A stretch of 58,932 bases of DNA from Eubacteriales bacterium (GCA_045602325.1 JAZSBH010000053.1:1-58932), one strand, 5' to 3'; counted from the first letter of the stretch, positions 8,652 through 17,215 are shown. Notes: generated by a model from the letters alone, not told the origin. A program made the numbers and translations.

Positions 8652-8681
8652 CCTAAAAAACAAGAAAAGGAGAATCCAACC

Positions 8682-9713
8682 ATGAAAATGAAACGCCTTA
8701 CGATCATCGCCTTTCTGCTGGCCTCCCTGCTGATTCTTCCCGCCTGTGAGATCGCGGGAGACACCGAGACTCATGCTCCCGACACGACCGCCGAGGCCGT
8801 GGCGGACACCGAGACCCAAGCCGTGACCGAGGACGACAGCCTCACCCCGCCCCCTCTGCCTACCCTGGACAGCTACCAAGGCATGACCCCTGATGTGCCC
8901 TATACCTTGAAATTCTATTCCAACGGGGACGGCACCTGCGTTGTCAGAGATATCGTGGTCAATATGCTGTACGAGGGCACCTACACCGTGGAGATCCCCG
9001 AAACCTCCCCCGACGGGGATACGGTGGTGGAGGTGAGTTACCTCAGCACTACCTACAACCTGCCCCGCTACCTCACCGCGGAGGCCTACGCGACCCTGGA
9101 CGGGTGGTGGAAGGATTACTTCGACCGCTGTGTGGAGCAGGGGCTGATGGAGGCGGACGTGGCCGACTTCCGTCTGCGTCAAGCTCGTTCTTACTATATT
9201 CTGCGGGATGCTACTCTGAGCTCCACCGAGAATCTGGGGGCTGACGTGATCGCCCGCTTCCCCCTGTGCGAGCATATCCCCGTGTATGCCCTGGACATCG
9301 CCACCACCGAGGTAGAATTTGCCTACCTCTCCCAGCTCATGGCCGTGGCCGCTCCCTGGTACACCACCGAGTGGTGCTACGCCGAGCTTCTGGCCATGAA
9401 GAGACTGGCCGACGGCTTTGGGGTGGAGGATCCCCATCTGGAGGAAAGTCTGGCGGAGCACAGCGATAGCCTGGCCGGGGCTGAGGCCGTCCTCGTTCCC
9501 CATACCGTGACCAAATTGGTTGACCAGCTGCAGACCCTGTCCTCCATGGAGGTCCACCGCCTGATCTTCGACGGCACCATGGCGGAATTTGATGCCATCT
9601 TTTGGGGGCAAGTGAGCAAGATCATCATCCCCTATCCCATGACGGTTCAATGCACCGACGGCGAGCTGACGCTGGACAATCTGGAGGTCCGCTACCCCGT
9701 CCTGGCCGAGTGA
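8682..9713 (+). CDS. Lipoprotein with LRR-cap-like motifs shared with the anti-sigma ectodomains
   Basis: Signal peptide with lipobox LILPAC, and AAGGAGA upstream of the ATG. IPETSPDG and the C-terminal FDGTMAEFDAIF motifs also occur in the LRR partners of cassettes C and D. Confidence 0.8.
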   Translation: MKMKRLTIIAFLLASLLILPACEIAGDTETHAPDTTAEAVADTETQAVTEDDSLTPPPLPTLDSYQGMTPDVPYTLKFYSNGDGTCVVRDIVVNMLYEGTYTVEIPETSPDGDTVVEVSYLSTTYNLPRYLTAEAYATLDGWWKDYFDRCVEQGLMEADVADFRLRQARSYYILRDATLSSTENLGADVIARFPLCEHIPVYALDIATTEVEFAYLSQLMAVAAPWYTTEWCYAELLAMKRLADGFGVEDPHLEESLAEHSDSLAGAEAVLVPHTVTKLVDQLQTLSSMEVHRLIFDGTMAEFDAIFWGQVSKIIIPYPMTVQCTDGELTLDNLEVRYPVLAE

Positions 9714-9802
9714 GGGAAGGCGGCTGTATCAACGGTCAGTTGAGCCTTGCTTTGAATCCGGGAGGTAGCTGAACCTCTGTGTCGTTGTACTGCCGTATCC
9801 GT

Positions 9803-9838
9803 GAAAGCCACTCTTTCGGGGTGGCTTTCGGTTATTTT
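9803..9838 (+). terminator. Rho-independent terminator after lipoprotein gene
   Basis: GAAAGCCAC/GTGGCTTTC stem followed by GGTTATTTTG. Confidence 0.6.
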
Positions 9839-9852
9839 GAAAAAATTTCCGA

Positions 9853-9907
9853 TTTTCTGTAAGGTTTTCGAATTTTCCGTGTCTTATAGGGTAGAACCGA
9901 TTTTGAG
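9853..9907 (+). promoter_or_regulatory. 55-bp promoter-region repeat, copy 2 (upstream of sigma B)
   Basis: Identical to 8297-8351. Contains GTGTCTTATA, an ECF CGTC-like -10 candidate, about 40 nt before the sigma B ATG. Confidence 0.7.
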
Positions 9908-9924
9908 AAAGGAGCCCGTGCTAT

Positions 9925-10470
9925 ATGGAAGATATACGCATCATCGAACTCTACTTCGCCCGCGACGAGCAGGCCATCCGCCATACGGCGGACAAGTATG
10001 GGGCGTACTGTACCGCCGTGTCCATGAATATTCTGCACAGCGAGCCCGACGCCGAGGAATGTGTGAATGATACTTACCTCAAGACCTGGAACTCCATCCC
10101 CCCTACCCGCCCCTCCTCCCTGCGGCATTTTCTGGCCACCATCGTCCGCAACCTCTCCCTCAACCGCTGGCGCTCCTGGCACAGCGAGAAGCGCAATAAG
10201 GACATGGAGGTGTCCCTCTCCGAGCTGGAGGCCTGTTTTCCTGCGCCCGACGACGGAGACAGAGGGGAGTTGACCGAGCTGCTCAACGAGTTTTTGGCTG
10301 CCCTGCCTAAGCAGGATCGCATCATGTTCGTACAGCGCTACTGGTATTCCCTCACAGCCGCACAGATTGGGGGAGAACTGGGACTTTCGGAGAACGCGGT
10401 CTGGGTGCGCCTGCACCGCACCCGGGAAAAACTCCGAGATTATTTAGAGGAAAGGGGGTATCACGTATGA
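9925..10470 (+). CDS. ECF-like sigma-70 family factor, cassette B
   Basis: MEDIRIIELYFARDEQAIRHTADKYG...DAEECVNDTYLKTWNSIPP...RTREKLRDYLEERGYHV, with AAAGGAG upstream of the ATG. Confidence 0.9.
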   Translation: MEDIRIIELYFARDEQAIRHTADKYGAYCTAVSMNILHSEPDAEECVNDTYLKTWNSIPPTRPSSLRHFLATIVRNLSLNRWRSWHSEKRNKDMEVSLSELEACFPAPDDGDRGELTELLNEFLAALPKQDRIMFVQRYWYSLTAAQIGGELGLSENAVWVRLHRTREKLRDYLEERGYHV

Positions 10471-13400
10471 GAGGCGATCTGGTTTATGAATTGATCGGCG
10501 GCATCCGCGAGGAATTCGTGCGGGAAGCTGAGCCGAAGTGTCTCTCGGTGCTCCTGACTCCGGCTGATACGGCTGTACAGCCAAAGACCTCCGCCGGAAC
10601 ACCGGACACCGGACGCCGGCTGTACACGGTCAACCCTGAGGCCGTTTCCCGCGGGCACAAGCCTCCGCGCGCGGCCAAACGATGGATGACGGCGGCTTGC
10701 CTGGCCCTTGCTATCCTCCTGTCCGCTACGGCGGGACTGGGCGGCATGGCGCTGGTTGGCGGCATGAGCTCCATGGGTGACATGGGGATCACGTCGATGT
10801 TCGGATTCGATTTCGTATATAACTTGTTCCCCTTCCTGCAGCCCGATGAGACCGATACGGGAGCCGACGACACCGATATCGATGCGGAACCCGAGGAGAC
10901 AGAAAACCCCTGCTTGGAGGGGCATGATTGGCAGACGACCGACCTGCGGGAGAGCACCTGCTATGCCCGCGGCCGTACCGATTCTGTCTGTGCAAATTGC
11001 GGCAGGACCGACACTGTTTACACCGATCCCCTGCCCCACGACTACGTGGACGGCTACTGTACCGGCTGTGGGCTGATCGAGGGAGCCGCAGAGGATTGTG
11101 TTTTCCAAATAGACAGCGATCTGTTGGCTGCCATCGGCGAAAAGGGTGCCATCGTCACCCGCGTGAATGCCGCGGTGGACGGCGAGCTTATTCTGCCCAA
11201 CGTAGGTTACGTGGAAAACCACGGCCTTCTGTCGGTCACGGCCGTAGGATCAGGTGTTTTGTACGGCGTGGAGGATACCTCCGCCATCACCCGCGTGGTC
11301 TTCCCCGATTCGGTGCGTCGCATCAACGAGCGGGCCTTCCGTGACGTATCCAACCTCCGCGAGGTGGTCTGGCCCGCCATGCTGGAGGCGATCCACTCCC
11401 AGGCCTTCCAAGGCACAGCGCTGACTTTGCTGACCTTCCCCGAGGGCCTCCGCTCCCTGGGCGATAACGCCTTCTTTGCGTGCCACGCGCTGACCTCCCT
11501 TGCCCTCCCCGCATCGCTGGAGAAATTGGGCAACGAGGCCTTTTCGGGATGCACGTCCTTGACTTCGTTGACCTTTGCCGGCGGCGGCTTCGCCATGGAC
11601 GGCAATGTGTTTGCGGATTGTACCTCCCTGGAGACCGTGACCCTGCCCGAGGGGTTGGACGTGCTGGGCTCTGCCGCCTTTGCGAGATGCACGTCTCTGA
11701 AGAATGTGACCCTTCCCTCCACCCTGACGGATACGGGACGCTACGCCTTCTCGGACTGCACCGCTCTGGCCTCTATCCGCCTGCCTGACGGGATCGCGGT
11801 AGGGGACGGTTGCTTCCAGGGATGCGTCGCCATGACCTCCATCACCTTCCCGCCCAACACCGGTTACATCGGTAATTCCGCCTTTGCGAATACGGGACTC
11901 TGCGAGCTGATCGCCGAGGGGGATGTTCAAGGCTTCGATTCCGATGCCTTTGCCAACACTCAGTTGACCTCCGTGATCATTCCCGGATCCCTGCAAAGCG
12001 TCAACAGAGCCTTTGACGGGACTCCCCTGCGAGAGCTGGTGGTTCTCGGCAGCTGCGAAGACGGCGGTATCGGCTACAAGGCATTCCTCAATCACCCCAC
12101 TCTGGAGCGGGTGATCCTGCCCGACGGCATAACGCTCATCGCGGGGTCGGCCTTTGAGGGCTGTAGCAAACTTACCGAGCTTCGCCTGCCTGACAGCGTT
12201 CAGTTCATCTATGAAAACGCCTTCAAGAACTGCTCCTCCCTCGCCGAGATCCATCTGCCCGCCTCTCTGGAGGTCATGCGGGAGTTCGCCTTTGAAAAAT
12301 GCACCTCCCTGCGTACGATCGAGGTGCCCACTATGACCGCATCCAAGCAGGAATGGGAGCGAGGCGTGTTCAAGGGCTGCTCGGCGCTGGAAAGCATGAC
12401 GGTTCCCGAGAACATCTCGGTTCTGGAGGACAGCGTGTTCGCGGGCTGTACCGCCATGACGTCCATTCAACTGCCGGCTTCTCTGACCCACATCGGCTAC
12501 GACGCCCTGGCTCGTAGCGGCATTACGGCCATTGAGATCCCCAAAAAAGTGACCATGATCCGAAACGGCGCCTTCGAAGGCAGTGCCCTGCGGGAGATTT
12601 CCTTCCTGTGTCCCGGCTCGAAGCTGACCGTGGGCACAGCTGCCTTCGCCAAGTGCGACTTCCTGGAGACCGTCCGTCTTCCCGAGGGGCTGAATTATCT
12701 GGCTCCCTCCACCTTCGAGGACTGTACGGGGCTGAAGGAGATCACTCTCCCCGGCTCCATGAGTAGCCTGGATTGCTTCGCCTTCAGAGGCTGCACCGCC
12801 TTGGAGGTTCTGCATCTCCCCGCCGGTATTTCGAGCATCCACGAGACGGCATTTGAGAAGTGCCCCAATCTGCGGGAAGTGACCATGGACGGTACGGGTA
12901 CCCGCTACGAGGTCCTCAACAACTGCATCGTCATGGACAAAAAATACAACACCATGTTCCTCTGCACCACCGAGGTGGTTCTGTCTGCCGACATGGGCCT
13001 CACCTCCATAGGCAAAGAGGCCTTCAGTGGCCGCGCCATCCGCTCCTTGGTGATTCCTGAAGGGGTGACCGTCATTGAAGACGGCGCCTTCCAGAACTGC
13101 ACCGCCCTGGAATTCATCTCCCTCCCCTCTACCCTCACGACCATCGGGGATAGCGCGTTCGGAGGCTGTACGGCTCTGCAGAGCATTGAAATCCCCGCCT
13201 CGGTCAGTACCATCGGCCGAAACGCATTCTACAGCTGTACGTCCTTACAAAACATCATCCTCCCCACCGCCACTACGGTCATTGAGCGCGGCGCCTTCGC
13301 AGATTGCACCGCTCTCACCGAAATAACGATCCCCCAAGGTATTGTTAAGCTGGAGGCCTACGTCTTCTCTGGCTGTACCAATCTGCAAAAGATCTACCTG

Positions 13401-13592
13401 TCCTCCACCGTCAGCGTCTTTGAGGAGTATATCTTCAGCGACTGCAAGGCTCTCACCGAGGTGCATCTGGAGGGCAACGTCAAGAAGTGGGAGATCATCA
13501 TGAATAATTCGATCCAGTCCAACACGAATTTCACCGTCTACTGCAAGAACGGCATGATCGCCCCCGATGGGACTGTGACCCTCTACGAGTAA
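10467..13592 (+). CDS. Anti-sigma-like membrane protein with very large BspA-type LRR ectodomain, cassette B
   Basis: 1041 aa with an ATGA overlap with sigma B. N-terminal helix LVYELIGGIREEFV, a TM at about residues 74-100, and a Cys-rich module (CLEGHDW...CANCG...CTGCG). About 30 repeats of the LRR_5 pattern follow (P..V..IG..AF..C.SL..I.LP). Confidence 0.85.
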   Translation: MRGDLVYELIGGIREEFVREAEPKCLSVLLTPADTAVQPKTSAGTPDTGRRLYTVNPEAVSRGHKPPRAAKRWMTAACLALAILLSATAGLGGMALVGGMSSMGDMGITSMFGFDFVYNLFPFLQPDETDTGADDTDIDAEPEETENPCLEGHDWQTTDLRESTCYARGRTDSVCANCGRTDTVYTDPLPHDYVDGYCTGCGLIEGAAEDCVFQIDSDLLAAIGEKGAIVTRVNAAVDGELILPNVGYVENHGLLSVTAVGSGVLYGVEDTSAITRVVFPDSVRRINERAFRDVSNLREVVWPAMLEAIHSQAFQGTALTLLTFPEGLRSLGDNAFFACHALTSLALPASLEKLGNEAFSGCTSLTSLTFAGGGFAMDGNVFADCTSLETVTLPEGLDVLGSAAFARCTSLKNVTLPSTLTDTGRYAFSDCTALASIRLPDGIAVGDGCFQGCVAMTSITFPPNTGYIGNSAFANTGLCELIAEGDVQGFDSDAFANTQLTSVIIPGSLQSVNRAFDGTPLRELVVLGSCEDGGIGYKAFLNHPTLERVILPDGITLIAGSAFEGCSKLTELRLPDSVQFIYENAFKNCSSLAEIHLPASLEVMREFAFEKCTSLRTIEVPTMTASKQEWERGVFKGCSALESMTVPENISVLEDSVFAGCTAMTSIQLPASLTHIGYDALARSGITAIEIPKKVTMIRNGAFEGSALREISFLCPGSKLTVGTAAFAKCDFLETVRLPEGLNYLAPSTFEDCTGLKEITLPGSMSSLDCFAFRGCTALEVLHLPAGISSIHETAFEKCPNLREVTMDGTGTRYEVLNNCIVMDKKYNTMFLCTTEVVLSADMGLTSIGKEAFSGRAIRSLVIPEGVTVIEDGAFQNCTALEFISLPSTLTTIGDSAFGGCTALQSIEIPASVSTIGRNAFYSCTSLQNIILPTATTVIERGAFADCTALTEITIPQGIVKLEAYVFSGCTNLQKIYLSSTVSVFEEYIFSDCKALTEVHLEGNVKKWEIIMNNSIQSNTNFTVYCKNGMIAPDGTVTLYE

Positions 13593-13610
13593 ACCACCCA
13601 CAACAGCAAA

Positions 13611-13652
13611 ACCGCACCCAACCCCAAACGGGGAAGGGTGCGGTCTATTTTT
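13611..13652. terminator. Bidirectional terminator between convergent genes
   Basis: ACCGCACCC/GGGTGCGGT stem. T-run on the plus side (CTATTTTTG) and UUUGCUGUU on the minus side. Confidence 0.7.
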
Positions 13653-13664
13653 GTGCTACGGGGT

Positions 13665-16600
13665 TTATTCCTCTCGCTTTTTGCGGAAGAAGAGCGCGGC
13701 ACAACCCATAACAGCCAAGGCCGACAGGCCAATGGCGGAGGCACAGCCCTTACCTGCGGGCTGGGTCTCGTCGGGCTCTTCGGTGATGGCGGGGACATTG
13801 GTGATAGGCTCCTCGACGGAGGAGTCTGCAGGTTTGGAGGGAACCTCGTCGGCGGGGGTGGTTTCGGGAGTGGGCTCGGTCACGGGCTCGGTGTCCGCAG
13901 GCTCGGTTTCGATGTCCTTGCCGACCAAGGCCAGCAGCTTCCTCGCAAAGTCCTTGGCCTGGGTCTGGGTCAGGAGGGGGTTCTCCAGAGCCGCTACGGT
14001 GTCGGTGTATTCTTTGGCGGTCTCGTCGCCGCCCTCGGCTTTGAATGTGTCGATGGCGTTTTGCAGAACGGTCTTGTCGCAGACGGGCTTGCCGTAGGCT
14101 TCAATCTCGCCCAGCTGGAGCAGGAAACCGTCGTTGCCGCCGCCACGGAGCTTGGTGCCGGTGACACGGACAAAGCGGGCGCTCACGGGGGTATCAAGGA
14201 TGATCTCATACTTGGTGCCGCTTTCCTTGTCGGGCTCGCCCTTGACATCCTTCACGACGGTCCAGTTGAGGCCGTCCTCCGAGAGGGATACGGTAAAATC
14301 CTCGGGGAAGACACCGTTGTCTTCCAGGATGATCTTTTCCACAGCGAAGAGATCCCCGAAGTTTACACCCACGTACTCGGTGGCATTGGGGGAGCGGTTC
14401 AGACCCACGTTGGAGGTCCAGCCATTGCCGGTCTTGCCGTCGTTGACGTAGGTAATATCCCAGCCCCAGACCTGGTAGTGGGCGGGAGTGGTGGAGGAGT
14501 AGAAGGTCTTCTTGCCCTTGGCGATATTCTCGCCGTCCTTGTAGGTGATGACGGCACCGTCATCGTCCAGGAGGCTGAAGGTCTCGGGGGAAGGAACGCT
14601 TCCGTCGTCGCAGTAGATCTCGATCTCGTTGAGAGCCATGTAGCGTGCGCCCGAGGCGGTGCCCAGCAGGTCGATGCGGATGTAGCGGGCTTCCTGCTCG
14701 CCGATGTCCACCTTCATACCCTCGGTGGCTGTGATCTTGAGATCGGAGAGGGATTTCACCTCACGCCAGGTCTCGGCATCGTCGGATACCGAGATCTTCA
14801 GATCGGCGGGGAAGGCGTTGCCGTAATCGAAAATGGAGCCGGCGGGGTAGAGGTCGATGCGGTTGAACTTCAGGGTGCGACCCAGGTCGATGTCCACGTA
14901 GGAATCCTTGCGGTCGTTGGTTCTCCAGCCGTTGCCCTTGCCCTCGGAGAGGCGCTGGCCGTCCTGCAGGCAGGAAATGTACCAGCCGTCCGAGCCCACC
15001 GAGGTGGGGGCGGTGATCATAGCGTCCATGGCCAGATTGACGGTGGCCTCGGGCTGACCCTCGGGCGCCTTGTAGTAGTCGAAGCCCTCGGGGAGTGCGA
15101 TGAAGATGGCATCGCCGGCGGCCAGAGTGAACTTGATCTTCTGTCCGTCCATGGTCATGGGGGAGAGGGAGCCGTCGGTGCGGCTGACCTCAAAGAGGGA
15201 GGTGATGGCCTTGTCAAAGGTCAGCTCGATCTCCTGCTTGGCCGAGAAGTTGTTGTTGACCACCATCAGATAGTTGCGGCCGGTCTCCTTGTGGCGCATC
15301 CAGGACAGAATAGCGGAGTCCTTTTTGTCAGCCTGTACGAAGAAATCAGCGGGAACCGAGGGCTGGCCGTAGGTGTCGGGACCGTTGAAGTACACGCCCA
15401 GAGCGTCGCACTTGACCAGCGTTGAGCCAATGGCCAGTATCTCGTGGTTGATGGTCTTGACGGTCTCGTAGTGGGCGTTGGGGGTGCCGTCGGCGGCGAT
15501 GATACCGTCACGGAAGGGCTCGGAGCGATTCACGGGGGTGAACCAGGTGAAGAAGGAGAGCTGCTTGAAGCCAAAGGCCAGGGAGGCATACATCTCGTAG
15601 CGGATCTCGGTGTCGGTGGGACGGCGGAAGGCCACCTCCTGGCAGACAGTCTGGATGTAAAGACCCGTCTTGACGTCATTCTTCAGACCTACCTCGTAGC
15701 AGGAGCGGACGTTGTTGAAGAAGCCTGCCCGATCCATGGCGCCCGCCTGGAGCGGGAAGGGATAACGGTCGAACATTAGGTAGTCCAAGGGATACCCTGC
15801 TGCAGCAGTCAGTCTCGCCCAGTCGTTCATTTGCGCCTTGTAGATCTCCTCGGAGCCGTAAGCGCCGCTGGGAAGGAAGTTGAGGTGCATATAGGCGTGG
15901 GGAGCCGCCTTCTTCAGGTTGACGTAGGCGTTCAGGTAGGCGTTGGGGTTAAAGGGCTCGTCAAGGATGTAGAAGCCGTAGGCGCCGGGGACGTTCTTGT
16001 AGCGTGCCACAGCGGAGGCAATGGCGGAAGCGGATTTGTTGGCCAAACCGCCGCCGAAGTTGCCGTCGGAGACGGTCATGCCGATGCCGTACTTAGCGCA
16101 GAGCTCCAGCATCTTGGCCTGGTTCTCCACGGTGGCCAGGGTCTCCTCGCCTGCGCCCAGTACCCAGTTGACGCCGGCGTCGGCGATGAGCTTGTACTGC
16201 TCATCGGTGATGTAGGCGGGTGTGGGAGGCCAGAAGATGGAGATCATGATGTTGTCGTCAAAGGAATACTTCTTCTCCACCACCTCCACCGTGCAGGTGG
16301 CAGTCTGATTCAGGGCGGCGCAGGTCACCGTGACGGTGGTCTTGCCCAGCTTCTTTGGGGTGATGGTGCCGTCAGCAGCTACGGTGGCCACCGAGGTGTC
16401 GGAGCTCTTATAGGTGATGTCAAAGGTCTGGGAGGTACCCTTGAAAACCGGAGCGATCTTGTCGGTCTCGCCCACAAAGAGCTCCAGGGCGGTACGGTCA
16501 AGCGTCAGGACTGCCTCGGAGGCGCCAAATACCGCGATCTCACCCAACTGTGCCAGGGCGCCGTCGTGGCCTGTGGCGGGATTGCGCTCGATGATGTAGA

Positions 16601-17147
16601 GGCGGACGAACTTGGCCTGGGTTTTCGCAAAGGTATAGGTCTTGGGGGAGGACTGGTTGATGGAAACCCCTGCATCCTCAGCGACCTTGGTGAAGGTCTT
16701 GCCGTCGGTTGAGATCTGGATCTCATATTTGGCAGGGAACTGGCCGTTGGGGAACAGGGTCACGGCCGAGATCTCGGACTTGCTGACCAGCTCCAGGGTA
16801 ACGGTCACGGGCTTGGTGTGATCCAGCTCGCGGTCATAGGGGTCGCAGGACCAACCGCCGTTGCCGATGATGCCGTCGGTGAGCAGAACCTTGGCCCAGC
16901 GCTCGGAAGGCATTTCGTAGCTGTTTTGGCCGCCTGCTTTCAGGTTGGTGCAGGCCGAGAGGGTGACGGCGGCGTCCTTGGACACCAGCGTCGTACCCGC
17001 AGGGGCGTAACGGCCGACGTCCTCCTCGGCGGCAGCGGCCGTCAGGATGGAGGCAAAGCCCACGGCGGTCACGGTGCTCAGTACCATCAGAACGGCCAGA
17101 GCCAGGGTGCCTGCCCGGCGGACGAAGCGTGCAAATGAAGATGTCAT
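13665..17147 (-). CDS. Secreted multidomain glycoside-hydrolase-like surface protein (F5/8 type C x3, Big_2, TIM-barrel-like core, C-terminal TM anchor)
   Basis: Signal peptide MTSSFARFVRRAGTLALAVLMV...AAAAEE. Discoidin-type endings (LAQLGEIAVFG, ALNEIEIY, LLQLGEIEAYG) and a Big_2-like SSDTSVATVAADGTITPKKLGKTTVTV. A T/P/E linker precedes the C-terminal hydrophobic helix plus RKKREE. Start chosen at the Met with GGAGG 8 nt upstream. Confidence 0.82.
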   Translation of the reverse strand: MTSSFARFVRRAGTLALAVLMVLSTVTAVGFASILTAAAAEEDVGRYAPAGTTLVSKDAAVTLSACTNLKAGGQNSYEMPSERWAKVLLTDGIIGNGGWSCDPYDRELDHTKPVTVTLELVSKSEISAVTLFPNGQFPAKYEIQISTDGKTFTKVAEDAGVSINQSSPKTYTFAKTQAKFVRLYIIERNPATGHDGALAQLGEIAVFGASEAVLTLDRTALELFVGETDKIAPVFKGTSQTFDITYKSSDTSVATVAADGTITPKKLGKTTVTVTCAALNQTATCTVEVVEKKYSFDDNIMISIFWPPTPAYITDEQYKLIADAGVNWVLGAGEETLATVENQAKMLELCAKYGIGMTVSDGNFGGGLANKSASAIASAVARYKNVPGAYGFYILDEPFNPNAYLNAYVNLKKAAPHAYMHLNFLPSGAYGSEEIYKAQMNDWARLTAAAGYPLDYLMFDRYPFPLQAGAMDRAGFFNNVRSCYEVGLKNDVKTGLYIQTVCQEVAFRRPTDTEIRYEMYASLAFGFKQLSFFTWFTPVNRSEPFRDGIIAADGTPNAHYETVKTINHEILAIGSTLVKCDALGVYFNGPDTYGQPSVPADFFVQADKKDSAILSWMRHKETGRNYLMVVNNNFSAKQEIELTFDKAITSLFEVSRTDGSLSPMTMDGQKIKFTLAAGDAIFIALPEGFDYYKAPEGQPEATVNLAMDAMITAPTSVGSDGWYISCLQDGQRLSEGKGNGWRTNDRKDSYVDIDLGRTLKFNRIDLYPAGSIFDYGNAFPADLKISVSDDAETWREVKSLSDLKITATEGMKVDIGEQEARYIRIDLLGTASGARYMALNEIEIYCDDGSVPSPETFSLLDDDGAVITYKDGENIAKGKKTFYSSTTPAHYQVWGWDITYVNDGKTGNGWTSNVGLNRSPNATEYVGVNFGDLFAVEKIILEDNGVFPEDFTVSLSEDGLNWTVVKDVKGEPDKESGTKYEIILDTPVSARFVRVTGTKLRGGGNDGFLLQLGEIEAYGKPVCDKTVLQNAIDTFKAEGGDETAKEYTDTVAALENPLLTQTQAKDFARKLLALVGKDIETEPADTEPVTEPTPETTPADEVPSKPADSSVEEPITNVPAITEEPDETQPAGKGCASAIGLSALAVMGCAALFFRKKREE

Positions 17148-17186
17148 AGTCATATCCTCCTTATATATGGATAGGGGGTTGTGACC

Positions 17187-17215
17187 ATTATACAACATTC
17201 TGTTCAATAAGTCAA
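17187..17215 (-). promoter_or_regulatory. Sigma-A type promoter of surface GH-like gene
   Basis: Minus strand TTGACT, 17 nt spacer, TATAAT. Confidence 0.65.

Noticed and set aside
11250-12842. 530-aa minus-strand ORF inside the LRR gene
   Set aside because: Antisense shadow of 10467-13592. The plus-strand frame shows a regular LRR_5 periodicity and the minus frame shows none.
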